Below are positions 63,902 through 64,000 of a stretch of DNA of 64,000 nt, one piece after another (positions within the stretch are counted from its first letter, which is position 1; each line of letters opens with the position of its first letter). The notes under the pieces were generated by a model. It did not search any database, was not told the origin of the DNA, and saw only the letters and a program-made list of their open reading frames with translations. Position numbers and translations under genes: made by a program. The DNA lies in assembly GCA_947482825.1 (NCBI GenBank), contig CANKMT010000008.1, forward strand, positions 7,634 through 71,633, written 5' to 3'. This DNA is from Betaproteobacteria bacterium. GTDB taxonomy: Bacteria; Pseudomonadota; Gammaproteobacteria; Burkholderiales; SG8-39.

Positions 63902-64000
63902 GGTGCGATTCCTCGGTGTTGTTAACGGGATTTCGCCACGCGCGACACGCTCGCGGCCGTCCTCACGATACCGGCCGCGGCTCGACACGCATAGCGCCCG

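Noticed and set aside
61886-63925. 679-aa plus-strand ORF opposite the ThDP-enzyme gene
   Set aside because: Same shadow-ORF pattern. The minus-strand product carries the ThDP-binding GDG...N motif and a proper N-terminal Pyr domain.
1-64000. Search by eye for CRISPR arrays, rRNA/tRNA genes, integrases, toxin-antitoxin pairs or defence-system genes
   Set aside because: None recognised. Intergenic spaces are short, and the only repeats found are R1/R2 and the 10-mer near the ISCR remnant. A tRNAscan/Infernal run would be needed to exclude small RNAs formally.

Overview
High-GC (roughly 65%) proteobacterial chromosomal segment. The five complete TTT/Bug-type solute receptors plus one fragment suggest a Burkholderiales-like host. 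It is gene-dense, with about 58 CDS, and I found no rRNA, tRNA or CRISPR by eye. Content is almost entirely solute uptake (three TRAP systems including one TAXI type, two ABC systems, orphan TTT receptors) and accessory catabolism. Four blocks stand out. (1) 4.7-19.8 kb holds a 13-gene co-directional block plus one divergent gene. It encodes a split biotin-dependent carboxylase with three 5S-type carboxyltransferase paralogues and a stand-alone BCCP, alongside an AMP-ligase, a Cys-less thiolase/DUF35 pair, two paralogous EthD-like proteins, an amidase and transporters. A biotin carboxylase 5' fragment sits at the left edge of the window. (2) 22.1-32.4 kb holds a coenzyme-B12 glutamate-mutase-type operon (S-L-E) with no methylaspartase. 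It is followed by an SdhA/NadB-like flavoprotein and preceded by an MLE-type enolase-superfamily enzyme. By hand alignment, two substrate-binding residues of the E subunit appear replaced by Leu. I consider this the best candidate for an undescribed system. (3) 34.7-49.6 kb holds a TetR-controlled CoA-ligase operon and a lignostilbene/carotenoid-oxygenase catabolic cluster. (4) 50-64 kb holds a Liv-type ABC system, a mosaic tandem duplication of an unassigned 250-aa protein and amidases. It also holds an IS91/ISCR-family remnant (oriIS-like end plus truncated transposase) beside a three-gene module that is bracketed by about 90% identical 114-bp direct repeats. Several gene fragments (TTT receptor, CMD, SDR) mark past rearrangements. 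Many long ORFs in the track are antisense shadow ORFs typical of high-GC DNA and were rejected.
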